DNA of 64,000 bases from Candidatus Latescibacterota bacterium (GTDB taxonomy: Bacteria > Latescibacterota > UBA2968 > UBA8231), in the NCBI GenBank assembly GCA_036336855.1, contig JAYZFI010000052.1:7087-71086 (forward strand). The letters are read 5' to 3'. The position numbers and the translations under genes are program-made. Shown in pieces: positions 29,184 through 39,024 of this stretch. Below the pieces are notes generated by a model, which saw only the letters and a list, made by a program, of their open reading frames with translations, had not been told where the DNA came from and ran no database searches. How positions within the stretch are numbered: the first letter of the stretch is position 1; each line of letters begins with the position of its first letter.

Positions 29184-30896
29184 ATGCCCGTGACAATCTG
29201 GCACCACACTTACATCCGTACCCCCGCCGCCCTGCTGGCCCTGGCGCTGAGCATTGGCTGTGGTGAGGGCACTGGCTCCCAGAACGGCCTCATCATCGCC
29301 CGCGTCGCGGATGTCCAAATCACTGCGGCTGATCTCGATAGCTTCAGCCAGAGCATCCCTACCGGCATGCGCCGGTGGCTGACCCCGGCGGAGATGCGTG
29401 CCGATCTGCTCGAGAGCCTCATCGACAAGACCGTAATGCTCATGGAGGCGGAAGCTGAGACTATAAGCGAGGACAGCTGGTTTCAGGACCAGTTCAACAC
29501 TGCCCGGCGAAATCGACTACTCAACGACTATCGCGCTCACGCCATTGGTAGTCGAGTTACGGCAACCGAGGAGGAGCTACAGGAGCATTTCCTCAAGACC
29601 CGCAGGGATCGCGCCATACGCTTCAGCGGCATCATGGTCGGCACTCTCGAAGAGGCAGAGCAAATTTTCGAGGAGCTCGCCGCTGGCGCGGAGTTCCACA
29701 AGATCGCCAACGAGCGCTCATTGCATCGCGAGACCGGCGAGAAGGGCGGTGATGCTGGCGGTTACAAGCTGCGCGACCAGCTGACTCCCGCCCTGGCCGC
29801 CGTTCTCTTCGAGCTCGAAGTAAGTGAGCTCACCGAACCGTTGCGCATGCCCTTCCGCGGTCAGACGCGCTGGACCCTGTTCAAGCTCACCGATGAGATC
29901 CCCGCGCCTTTCGATGCTTCTGCCGAATACGTCCGCGAGGAGGTGCTCAGCGCCAAGCGTGCCGAGCGCTCTGCCGAAGTTCTCGACTCGCTGCATCAGG
30001 TCTACCCCGTAGAGATCGTCGCCGGCACCCGAGAGCTGATGATCCAACGGTTTTCGGATTCGGTGGGGGGCGAAGTCTCCTTCGCCGCCGCCGAGCAGGC
30101 ACTGCCCCTGCTTCGGCTCGGCGAAGCGAGCGAGATCGTTCTGGGTCGCTTCGTCGACGAGGCCTTCGAGATGTTTATCGGAGCCAACGAACTCGCCGAC
30201 TCGAGCCGTGTTGCCGTCTTGCTCGAGCGCGCCTTCATCCCCTCCTATCTGCTGCAGAAGGCTGCCGAGGACAGCGGCCTGAATTCCCGTCCCGCCTTCC
30301 AGAGCTATCTGGCCCGGCGCCGCGAAGAGCTTATGCTCGGTGCACTGCGACGCCAGGAAGTGGATCAGCACATCACAGCGAGCGAGGAGGAGGCGCGTGA
30401 GTTCTACGAGGGCCATCCCAAGAAGTTCACCTCACCGGAGACCACCGTCGCTGTGGAGATCGTCGTCGCCTCCGACACACTGGCCCAAGAGCTCAAGCAG
30501 CAACTGCAGCAAGGCGCAGATGCCGTGGGCCTCGCCATGGAGCACACTGTCCGTCCCGGTGCCAAGCATCACGAGGGTCGCATCAACCTCAACATCTACA
30601 CACAACCATTCTTTCAGGGCGTGCACGCGGTGGCGAGAAAGCTTGAGATCGGTGAGGTGGGGGGGCCGGTGCGGGTGCCGGAGGGCTTCTCTGTGTTCTT
30701 CGTCGAAGATCGGCTCACAGAGCTGGCGCCGTACAACGCCGAGTCGCGCCGGCGGGCCATCGCATATCTCAAGATCGACCGGGCTCGCCGCACCTACGTA
30801 TCCTACGTGAAGGGTCTGCGCGACCGCTATCCCGTAGAGATTTTCCCGGAAGCGCTGCAGCAGATGAGCGCGCGCGCCGCGATCTCCGCCGGTTGA
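29184..30896 (+). CDS. PpiC/parvulin-type peptidyl-prolyl isomerase lipoprotein (SurA/PrsA-like, two PPIase domains)
   Basis: Lipobox LSIGC; FHKIANERSLH..GEKGGDAG; LEIGEVGGPVRVPEGF. Confidence 0.82.
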   Translation: MPVTIWHHTYIRTPAALLALALSIGCGEGTGSQNGLIIARVADVQITAADLDSFSQSIPTGMRRWLTPAEMRADLLESLIDKTVMLMEAEAETISEDSWFQDQFNTARRNRLLNDYRAHAIGSRVTATEEELQEHFLKTRRDRAIRFSGIMVGTLEEAEQIFEELAAGAEFHKIANERSLHRETGEKGGDAGGYKLRDQLTPALAAVLFELEVSELTEPLRMPFRGQTRWTLFKLTDEIPAPFDASAEYVREEVLSAKRAERSAEVLDSLHQVYPVEIVAGTRELMIQRFSDSVGGEVSFAAAEQALPLLRLGEASEIVLGRFVDEAFEMFIGANELADSSRVAVLLERAFIPSYLLQKAAEDSGLNSRPAFQSYLARRREELMLGALRRQEVDQHITASEEEAREFYEGHPKKFTSPETTVAVEIVVASDTLAQELKQQLQQGADAVGLAMEHTVRPGAKHHEGRINLNIYTQPFFQGVHAVARKLEIGEVGGPVRVPEGFSVFFVEDRLTELAPYNAESRRRAIAYLKIDRARRTYVSYVKGLRDRYPVEIFPEALQQMSARAAISAG

Positions 30897-30904
30897 TCTG
30901 CGCT

Positions 30905-32545
30905 TTACTCGGGTTCGCGCACGCGCAGAATCTGGTCGACGGCGATGTCCGTCAACACCTGATGGGTGCCGCCGGGCCACAAGATGTCCAGGCGGTTCAC
31001 CCGCTCGCGCCCACCGAGGCCGAAATGCAGGCGAGGATCTCTATGTGACAGGTAACTGTCGCCGGCGGTGCGCATGGCGTGCGAGGTGAGGTCGCCCGCC
31101 GTGAGTGTCACCCGGGCACCGATGGCGTCGCGATTGCTGCGACCGCCCTCGAGCTGAATCAGCAGCCAGTGGTAGCCGCTACTACCCTGGTTGTTCCACA
31201 GGGCCGGCGTGTCGTTGAGATTGAGGACGAAGACATCGACGTCGCCATCGTCGTCGTAGTCGGCAAAAGCGGCACCCCGGCTTACGCCGGGTGCAACCCC
31301 CAGTCCCACCTGCTCTGTGAGGGGGGTGAAGGCACCGTCGCCGCGATTCTCCCACAGCACGTCCGCGCGGCGATAGCTGGAGTTGGTCTGCGGCAGGTCC
31401 GCCTGGGGGTAGGTGTGACCGTTGGCGACATAGAGGTCGAGATCACCATCGTTGTCGTAGTCGATGAACCCCGTACCCCACGCCACCTCCTCGCTGCCCT
31501 GGGAGGCTAAGCGGGTGATGTGGGAGACATCGGTGAACAGCAGGCTGCCTTCGTTGCGGTACAGGGCGTTGTGCTCGTCGGCGAAGTTGGTGAAGAACAG
31601 ATCGAACAGTCCGTCCCCGTTGTAATCGGCCACCGCCAGACCCATGCAGCCCTGGGTGCCACCCTCGCCGCTGTAGGCCACTCCGGATTCCAGCGCGACA
31701 TCGTGCAACCTGCCGTCGACGTTGTGGAACAGCTGGTTGGGCGTGGAGTCGTTGGCGACGACGAGCTCGGGCCAGCCGTCGCCGTCGAGGTCGGAAAAGG
31801 TGGTGGCCATGCCGAAGTAAGGCCCGCTGTCGAGGATTCCCGACGGGGCTGAAACGTCGGTGAAGCGGTTACCGTCGTTGCGGTAGAACACATCCGCTGC
31901 CGGCGTGAGGCCCCGGGGGCCGCAATATACCGGGACGTTCTTCCACAGACAGGGAATCGTGGACTCCGCGTTGCGGGAAAAGGCAACGTAGTTGGCGACG
32001 TAGAGGTCGAGGTCGCCGTCGCGATCGCTGTCGCCCAGCGTGGCGCCCGTACCCCAGCGCCGATCCCCCGTTCCCAGGCTTTGCGTGCGATCAACGAAGC
32101 GGCCGTTACCGTCGTTGTCGTAATGGGTGTTACGTCCGTAGTTGGTAACGTAGAGATCAACGTCACCGTCGTTGTCGGTATCACCGACGACGCAGCCCAT
32201 GGACCAACTGGTGTCCGCAGCACCGGCCGCCTTCGCGATCTCGGAGAACGTGTCGCCTCCGTCGTTGCGGAATAGCCGGTTGGAAGGGTGGGGGCCATCG
32301 AAGCCGGTGAACCGCGAACCGTTGGTGGCGTAGAGATCGAGATCGCCATCCCCGTCGTAATCGAACCAAGCCACGCCGCCCATCATGCCCTCAACGATGT
32401 ACTCCTGCTCGTCTCCCGAGGTATTCAGCCGGCTCACTCCGGCGGCCTCGGCGACATCGACGAATCGGGGCCGAACGGGTTCGGCTTGACTTTCCGGTGG
32501 CAGGAGCAGGAAGACGGCGAGAACACACGCAGCGGCGACCCGCAT
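30905..32545 (-). CDS. CRTAC1-family protein (FG-GAP plus ASPIC/UnbV)
   Basis: Start ATG 32545 (MRVAAACVL, signal peptide); FG-GAP repeats; SYLSHRDPRLHFGLG. Confidence 0.9.
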   Translation of the reverse strand: MRVAAACVLAVFLLLPPESQAEPVRPRFVDVAEAAGVSRLNTSGDEQEYIVEGMMGGVAWFDYDGDGDLDLYATNGSRFTGFDGPHPSNRLFRNDGGDTFSEIAKAAGAADTSWSMGCVVGDTDNDGDVDLYVTNYGRNTHYDNDGNGRFVDRTQSLGTGDRRWGTGATLGDSDRDGDLDLYVANYVAFSRNAESTIPCLWKNVPVYCGPRGLTPAADVFYRNDGNRFTDVSAPSGILDSGPYFGMATTFSDLDGDGWPELVVANDSTPNQLFHNVDGRLHDVALESGVAYSGEGGTQGCMGLAVADYNGDGLFDLFFTNFADEHNALYRNEGSLLFTDVSHITRLASQGSEEVAWGTGFIDYDNDGDLDLYVANGHTYPQADLPQTNSSYRRADVLWENRGDGAFTPLTEQVGLGVAPGVSRGAAFADYDDDGDVDVFVLNLNDTPALWNNQGSSGYHWLLIQLEGGRSNRDAIGARVTLTAGDLTSHAMRTAGDSYLSHRDPRLHFGLGGRERVNRLDILWPGGTHQVLTDIAVDQILRVREPE

Positions 32546-32558
32546 TGGCTGGCTCAAA

Positions 32559-34091
32559 GTGAAGGGATCTATTTTATCGCTGATGAAGAAAGGCAAACTA
32601 ACGGCGGCGCTGTCGGTATGCCACAACTGCCGCCTGTGCCGGGGGCTCCTTCTGCTGACCAGCGTCTTGGCGGCCTGCGCTGAGGCACCGCAGCTGGCAT
32701 CGACACCGCCCGAGGAGCTGCCCATGCAGAATCTGCGCCGGCAGCTGCAGGACGGGGATTTCACTGTCGTCGTCAATCGCTTCGCCGCCGCCGACTCACC
32801 TGGGCCCGCCGAGTACGAGTTTCGCTACCTGGCCCGAGCTCAGCTGGCGCTTGGCCGCTACGATCAGGCCCGTGAGACCGTGCGCCTGACGCAACGGTAC
32901 CATCCCAAGGACCCCGAGCTCTACGACATGCTCGGCGCGATACACACGGCAGAGGCCTTTTCGCGCTCTGAGTTCGCCGGAACCGAAAAGGCATTGGCGG
33001 CTTTCACCCACGCCCTTGAGCTCGACTCTTCTCGGGCCCACTCGTTGTTCAACATCGGGTTGCTGCATGGCTACCGCGAACAGGCGGCCTTGGCCGACAG
33101 CTTCTATCGGCGCGCTCTATCCGTTGACTCGACTCTGGCGGTGGCCCACAAGAAGCTCGGCCTGTTGCGGCGCGAGCAGGGCGAGCTCGCCGCCGCCCGG
33201 CAATATCTGACCCAAGCCCTGCGCTACGCTCCCGACGATGTCGAGGCCCTGCTCTATCTTGGACTCACCGAACGCAGCCTCGGTAGGATGGAGGATGCTG
33301 CCGTCCATCTCGAGAGGGCCGCCGAGCTCAATCCTCTGTCGCCGCAGGTGCATTCCAATCTCGCCGGGGTGTACATGCGCCTGGGGCGACGAGACGAAGG
33401 TCGGCAGGCGATCCGTCGCTCCGAATTGCTGCGCAAGTTCGACCGCGGCATCGGTTCGGAGAAAACGGTGCTCTCGCACCAGACCGCAGTGAGCGTCGCC
33501 CCAACCACGGCGCGTTACAATCGCGCCCTGCACCTGGCGTTGACCGGTGATCGTGTCGGTGCCGAGCGCGAGTTCCTCCATCTCATCGAGGTGCTGCCCG
33601 ATCACGCAGACGCCCTCAGCGCTCTCGGCCTACTCCATTTCTGGCGGGGCGATGCCGTTGGGGCCATCGACTACCTGACGCGCGCGGTGAAGGTCGATCC
33701 CGAAGACGCCATCAACCTGGCGCGGCTAGGTATGGTGCTGAGGCGCAGCAGTGAGTCGAGCGCCGCCTTGGACACCTTGAGGCGGGCGGCACAACTGGAC
33801 ACAACGCTCGCCGAGCCGGTCTTTGAGCTGGCCATGATCTACGCTCAGACCCGTCGCTACGCCCTCGCTGAGAGCCTGTTCGCCAAGACGATCGAACTCT
33901 CTCCCGAAAATCCTGAGGCTCACCTCAATCTTGGCGTGGCTCGCCTACGTCAGGGTGACACCGACGGTGCCGTTGCCGCTTACCGCCGTGCTGTCGAGCT
34001 CGACCCTGAAGGTGAGCGGGCTCAGGCCTATCTACGCGAGGCCCTGCAGCAACAGCGGTCTTCCGCCGCCCCTGCGAAGGGCTCACCGTAA
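32559..34091 (+). CDS. Tetratricopeptide-repeat lipoprotein
   Basis: Lipobox VLAAC; multiple TPRs (AHLNLGVA..A.AAYRRAVELDP); exact start uncertain. Confidence 0.85.
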   Translation: MKGSILSLMKKGKLTAALSVCHNCRLCRGLLLLTSVLAACAEAPQLASTPPEELPMQNLRRQLQDGDFTVVVNRFAAADSPGPAEYEFRYLARAQLALGRYDQARETVRLTQRYHPKDPELYDMLGAIHTAEAFSRSEFAGTEKALAAFTHALELDSSRAHSLFNIGLLHGYREQAALADSFYRRALSVDSTLAVAHKKLGLLRREQGELAAARQYLTQALRYAPDDVEALLYLGLTERSLGRMEDAAVHLERAAELNPLSPQVHSNLAGVYMRLGRRDEGRQAIRRSELLRKFDRGIGSEKTVLSHQTAVSVAPTTARYNRALHLALTGDRVGAEREFLHLIEVLPDHADALSALGLLHFWRGDAVGAIDYLTRAVKVDPEDAINLARLGMVLRRSSESSAALDTLRRAAQLDTTLAEPVFELAMIYAQTRRYALAESLFAKTIELSPENPEAHLNLGVARLRQGDTDGAVAAYRRAVELDPEGERAQAYLREALQQQRSSAAPAKGSP

Positions 34092-35626
34092 TGCGAAGGA
34101 CGACGATCGCCTGTCTATTCCTGGCAAGCCTGGCCGAGGCGCAGATTGCCGGCTGGAGTATCCCTACCAACGCTGAGGGAGATACGTTGATCGACGGTCG
34201 CCATTACCACCGAATCACTTCCGACCAGCTGATCGCGCCCATTCATCAGGGCCGTGCTCTGCATCTCGAGGGTGTCGCGGTGGTCGGTGACCTCACCATC
34301 GCGCGCTGGGCGGACACGCTGCGCGCGCCAATTCACTTGGTGGATGTACACCTGGAATCTGAGCTCGACCTGCAGAACATGACGGTAACCGCACCCCTTG
34401 AGGTGCGCCGGAGTACGTTAGCTGGCGGCCTGCGCGCACAGCAGACGCGCTTTCACTCCCGCGTCGATCTTTCGGAGACCCGATTTCGGCGTCACGTGGT
34501 GTTGAAGTCAGCGGTGTTCACCGACTCCGCGCGCTTCCACAACGCCCAATTCGACGGAATCCTGTCTCTAATCGGAGCCCGGTTCGACGGCAACGCTTCC
34601 TTCCACGGCACCACGTTTTCCGATGGCGCCTACTTCGAGGATGCCCGCTTTTCCAGCGTCAGCTTCGAGGACGCGATCTTCGAGAGCGTCGCCTCTTTTC
34701 GCCGCACCAGGTTCACTGGCGCGACTCGTTTCGACGCGGCCCGGTTCTACTCCGAGTCGTGGTTCTGGAACAGTGTCTTCACGGCGCCGACTAGTTTCGA
34801 TGGCATCAAGGTCATCGCCGACATCTCATTCCGCGAGATTGTCGCCGAGCGGGAGATCTCCTTCGTGAAGTCCTCCTTCGTCTACCCTGCGAGCTTTACG
34901 GGAGCCGATTTCCGTGCTGGCTGCACTTTTGAAGCCGCGCGCTTTAAGCGCCATGCGGATCTCTCGAAGGCCAACTTTCGGGGCGGGGTACGTCTGCACA
35001 GCGCCTTCTGGCGAGATCTCGATCTACGCGGCACCCGGGGCCGCATCGAGCTGCAGCCGCCACCACCTGTGGCACCCGGGTCACCTGCAGAACCTGTGCT
35101 CACCGACAGCTCTCGCATCCTGCTACAGGGGGCATCCGCCGAAGTGCTGCGAACCCGATGGGCGTATCTGCAGGGGCGACTGGCTGCCGACGACAGCGGC
35201 GAGGCCGGAATGGACGAGGTGTATGCGTCTCTAGTCAGCCAGTTTCGAGCTCAAGGTCTGGACGCGGACGCTGCTGCCTGCGCCCTCCACGGCCTGGAGC
35301 GACGGGCTTCAGCTTTGCCCTGGACCCGCCCCGGGCGTTGGACTCACGAGTTCCTCTGGCTCACCACCGGTTTCGGGAGGCAGCCAGAACGCTTGGTCAT
35401 CTGGTCATTGGCTGTCATCGCGCTGTTCGCCACTTTTCTTCGGTTCCGCGACGGGTTCTCCTGGAGCGGCGCCGTGCGTCGCAGCGCGGTCTGCTTTCTT
35501 CGCTTTCACCCCCTTGGCGTCAGTGAGTCGACGGGGAGCAGAGGGCTTCTTTTGCTGGAGTGTCTGCTTGGATGGATAACCATGGCCTTGGTCGCTGCCG
35601 TGGTCGCCGTACGGATGATTCTGTGA
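34091..35626 (+). CDS. Pentapeptide-repeat protein with N-terminal signal peptide and C-terminal membrane segment
   Basis: AxF repeats (ARFHNAQFDG, ASFHGTTFSDGAYFEDARF); C-terminal hydrophobic helices. Confidence 0.8.
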   Translation: MRRTTIACLFLASLAEAQIAGWSIPTNAEGDTLIDGRHYHRITSDQLIAPIHQGRALHLEGVAVVGDLTIARWADTLRAPIHLVDVHLESELDLQNMTVTAPLEVRRSTLAGGLRAQQTRFHSRVDLSETRFRRHVVLKSAVFTDSARFHNAQFDGILSLIGARFDGNASFHGTTFSDGAYFEDARFSSVSFEDAIFESVASFRRTRFTGATRFDAARFYSESWFWNSVFTAPTSFDGIKVIADISFREIVAEREISFVKSSFVYPASFTGADFRAGCTFEAARFKRHADLSKANFRGGVRLHSAFWRDLDLRGTRGRIELQPPPPVAPGSPAEPVLTDSSRILLQGASAEVLRTRWAYLQGRLAADDSGEAGMDEVYASLVSQFRAQGLDADAAACALHGLERRASALPWTRPGRWTHEFLWLTTGFGRQPERLVIWSLAVIALFATFLRFRDGFSWSGAVRRSAVCFLRFHPLGVSESTGSRGLLLLECLLGWITMALVAAVVAVRMIL

Positions 35627-37323
35627 TGAAGCCGAGGCTTTGGGGGGGAAGGTTCGCCGCTGTCTTGACCGCGGCTGCCGTCACGGGATGCGGATCGCTC
35701 GACTCTGACTCCCCAGCCGGCATCCAGCTGCCGGTCCATCTCGTCGACGTGAGCCTAGCTTCAGGGATCGATTTCGAGCACTATAATGGGGCGACGGGCC
35801 AATACTTCTACGTGGAGACCTTCGGTTCCGGCGCCGCTTTCCTCGATCAGGACGGCGACGGTTGGCTCGACGTCTACCTCGTAAACGGCACCTTCCTGTC
35901 TGGATTGCCGCCGCAGGAGCCGCCGCGCAACCAACTCTACAGGAACCGCCTAAGCGACGGCGCAGGTGCCGATAGAGACTTCGTCGACGTCACCGAGGAG
36001 ACCGGCTCCGGTGACGCCCGCTATGGCTTGGGCTGCGCCATTGCTGATTGGGACAACGACGGCGATGCCGACCTCTACGTCAGCAACTTCGGACGCAACA
36101 CGCTGTACCGAAGCGTCGATGGCGAATCCGGTCGGCGTTTCCGCGACGTCACGGACTCGACGCTAACCGGCGATGAACGCTTCGCCTCAAGCACGGGGTT
36201 CCTCGATTACGACCTTGACGGCGATCTCGACTTGTTCGTCGTCAACTACGTCGACTTCCGCACTACCCGGAACGTGATCTGCAAATCGGGGAAGGTGCGC
36301 ACTTACTGTGATCCCGACGAGTTTGAACCCGTAGGCGACGTGCTCTTCCAAAACGACGGCCCTGGACAGCCCTTCGTCGACGTCACTGAAGAGGCCGGCG
36401 TGGGGCAGAAGGGTAGGGGGTTGGGCGTGGCGTTCTCCGACTACGATGACGATGGCGACACCGATGTCTACGTCGCCAACGATGGCACCATGAATTTTCT
36501 CTATGAGAATCGGCGGGGCACTTTCACCGACGTCGGCCTGCAGGTCGGGGGACGATACAACGATGACGGCCGCGCCGAGGCGGGTATGGGCGTGGACTTC
36601 GGCGACTACGACGGCGACGGCCACCAGGATGTATTCGTCACCAACTTTTCGCGGGAGACCAACACCCTGTACCGCAACACCGGAGAAGGCGAGTTCGCCG
36701 ATATCACCACCATGGCGGGACTCACCAAGCCCAGCTTCTTGCCCTTGGGTTTTGGCACTCGTTTCGTCGATATCGACAACGACGGCGACCTCGATCTCAC
36801 TGTCGCCAATGGCCACGTCCTTGATCGCATCGCTGAGGTTGACAAGGACCTCTCCTACCCGCAGCCTGATCAGCTGTTCCGCAACCATGACAGCGAGTTT
36901 GTTGACGTCCTTGACGTCGCCGGGATCGATCTGCGCCGGCCAGCGGTCGGGCGCGGGCTGGCCACCGGCGACTTCGACAACGACGGTGACCTCGACCTGC
37001 TGATTACCAACGAGGCGAGCCGGCCTCATCTGTTACGCAATGACGGTGGCAACCAGGGCAATTGGTTGTTGATTTCACTGATCGGAGATCCCCAGTGTGA
37101 CGCTCTGGGAGCCCGGGTCGAAGTTGAAGTCGAGGGACGCGTTCTAGTTCGCGAGCGTCAGTCCGGAGGCAGCTACCTCAGCAGCCACGATCCCCGACTG
37201 CACTTCGGTCTCGGCTTTGCCCGCAGTGCCAGGGTGAGGGTGCACTGGCCGGATGGCTCCGTGACGACGCGGGAAAATGTCACCGCCAATCAGATTTTGC
37301 AGATCGCCCAGAACGCGGGTTGA
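35626..37323 (+). CDS. CRTAC1-family lipoprotein (FG-GAP plus ASPIC/UnbV)
   Basis: ATG 35626 overlaps the upstream TGA; lipobox AVTGC; GGSYLSSHDPRLHFGLG. Confidence 0.9.
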   Translation: MKPRLWGGRFAAVLTAAAVTGCGSLDSDSPAGIQLPVHLVDVSLASGIDFEHYNGATGQYFYVETFGSGAAFLDQDGDGWLDVYLVNGTFLSGLPPQEPPRNQLYRNRLSDGAGADRDFVDVTEETGSGDARYGLGCAIADWDNDGDADLYVSNFGRNTLYRSVDGESGRRFRDVTDSTLTGDERFASSTGFLDYDLDGDLDLFVVNYVDFRTTRNVICKSGKVRTYCDPDEFEPVGDVLFQNDGPGQPFVDVTEEAGVGQKGRGLGVAFSDYDDDGDTDVYVANDGTMNFLYENRRGTFTDVGLQVGGRYNDDGRAEAGMGVDFGDYDGDGHQDVFVTNFSRETNTLYRNTGEGEFADITTMAGLTKPSFLPLGFGTRFVDIDNDGDLDLTVANGHVLDRIAEVDKDLSYPQPDQLFRNHDSEFVDVLDVAGIDLRRPAVGRGLATGDFDNDGDLDLLITNEASRPHLLRNDGGNQGNWLLISLIGDPQCDALGARVEVEVEGRVLVRERQSGGSYLSSHDPRLHFGLGFARSARVRVHWPDGSVTTRENVTANQILQIAQNAG

Positions 37324-37350
37324 ACGACCGCATTCGAGGAGGAGAGGGAA

Positions 37351-38193
37351 ATGAAGTTGCTGCGCTTCGGAGAGAGAGGATCAGAGCTCCCCGGTTTACT
37401 CGATGCAGATGGCGAAATTCGTGACCTGTCGGCTCATGTGGATGACATCGGCGGCTCCGCCCTCGGCGTTGCCCGCCTCGGCGAGCTTTCCGTCATCGAC
37501 CCAGCGAAATTGCCTGCAGTCAAAGGTTGTCGCCTGGGACCTCCGGTGGCTGGCGTCGGCAAGTTCGTCTGCATCGGTCTCAACTACAGCGATCATGCCA
37601 AAGAGACGGGGATGCCGATTCCCGAAGAGCCCATCGTCTTCATGAAGGCGACGAGTGCCATCAACGGACCCAACGACCCGATCGTCATCCCGCGAGGCAG
37701 CACCAAGACCGACTGGGAGGTTGAGCTCGGAGTTGTCATCGGCTCGGAGGCGCATTACGTCTCCGAGGACGACGCTCTGAATCATGTTGCCGGTTATTGC
37801 ACGACCCATGACGTATCTGAACGATTCCTCCAGATCGAAACTGGAGGACAGTGGACCAAGGGCAAGAGCTGTGACAGCTTCGGGCCCTTCGGTCCCTACC
37901 TTGTCACTCGCGACGAAGTGCCCGACCCGCAGAACCTATCACTGTTTCTGGACGTGGATGGTCATCGCTACCAGGACGGCAACACCCAGACTATGATCTT
38001 CGGCGTCGCCTTCATCATTCACTACTTGAGCCAGATCATGAGTTTGCAGCCGGGAGACATTATCTCTACAGGTACGCCACCGGGAGTAGGTATGGGATTG
38101 AAGCCGCCTCAATTCCTCAAGGCGGGTCAGCGCGTGCGACTTGGCGTGGAAGGGCTAGGCGAGCACGACGCCATGATCGTCGATGCAAGCTAA
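37351..38193 (+). CDS. Fumarylacetoacetate hydrolase family protein
   Basis: CIGLNYSDHA, DWEVEL, GQWTKGKS, GDIISTGTPPGVG; strong RBS. Confidence 0.93.
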   Translation: MKLLRFGERGSELPGLLDADGEIRDLSAHVDDIGGSALGVARLGELSVIDPAKLPAVKGCRLGPPVAGVGKFVCIGLNYSDHAKETGMPIPEEPIVFMKATSAINGPNDPIVIPRGSTKTDWEVELGVVIGSEAHYVSEDDALNHVAGYCTTHDVSERFLQIETGGQWTKGKSCDSFGPFGPYLVTRDEVPDPQNLSLFLDVDGHRYQDGNTQTMIFGVAFIIHYLSQIMSLQPGDIISTGTPPGVGMGLKPPQFLKAGQRVRLGVEGLGEHDAMIVDAS

Positions 38194-38221
38194 AGCCTGT
38201 TTCCTGAGTAGCGTCCGTAGA

Positions 38222-38983
38222 TCAGCGGCCCATCCAACCGCCGTCCACCATTAACGTCGTCCCATTCACATAACGCGAGGCTTCCGAGGCGAGAAAGACT
38301 GCAGGGCCGCGGAAGTCGTCGGGATCGCCCCAGCGACCGGCGGGAATGCGCGACAGAATGGCCTTGCTGCGCTCGGCGTCGGCGCGTAGCGCTTCCGTGT
38401 TGTCGGTGACCACGTAGCCAGGCCCGATGGCGTTGACATTGACCCCGTGCTGCGCCCACTCGTTGGCGAAGGCCATGGTCAGCGTGCCGATGCCACCTTT
38501 GCTGGCGGCGTAGCCGGGCACGGTGATGCCACCTTGGAAGCCAAGTAGGGAGCTGGTGAAGATCACCTTGCCGCTGCGTCGAGCGAGCATGCCTTTGCCG
38601 AACTCTCGAGTGAGAACGAATTGGGCACTGAGGTTGATCTCGATGACCCGGTCCCAGTACTCGTCCGGATGATCTGCCGCCGGTTCTCGCAGAATGGTAC
38701 CGGCGTTGTTGACAAGAATGTCGATAACCGGATGGTCGGCCTTGGCCTTGGCAATGAAGGCGTGCAGCTCCTGGCGATCTGAGAAGTCGCACTGGTAACC
38801 AGAGAAGTTCTGACCGAGGGCGGTGACCTCTCGCTCGATGTCGCTGCCGCTGGCCTCCAATGAAGCGGAGACGCCGATGATGTCGGCTCCCGCCTCCGCC
38901 AATCCGAGGGCAATTGCCATGCCGATGCCGCGACGGCATCCTGTCACTATCGCCGTCTTTCCCGTCAGATCGAAGATCTTCAC
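38222..38983 (-). CDS. kduD: KduD-like SDR (2-deoxy-D-gluconate 3-dehydrogenase)
   Basis: TGCRRGIG, NNAG, FQGGITVPGYAASKGG, RIPAGRWG, VDGGWMGR. Confidence 0.78.
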   Translation of the reverse strand: MKIFDLTGKTAIVTGCRRGIGMAIALGLAEAGADIIGVSASLEASGSDIEREVTALGQNFSGYQCDFSDRQELHAFIAKAKADHPVIDILVNNAGTILREPAADHPDEYWDRVIEINLSAQFVLTREFGKGMLARRSGKVIFTSSLLGFQGGITVPGYAASKGGIGTLTMAFANEWAQHGVNVNAIGPGYVVTDNTEALRADAERSKAILSRIPAGRWGDPDDFRGPAVFLASEASRYVNGTTLMVDGGWMGR

Positions 38984-39024
38984 GTCGTTCGTTTCCTCGT
39001 GATGTCGGTGTCGTCGCCGGAGGG

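Noticed and set aside
32610-32640. CHNCRLC as an Fe-S or heme-binding motif in the TPR protein
   Set aside because: Lies in the signal-peptide region ahead of the lipobox and depends on an uncertain start
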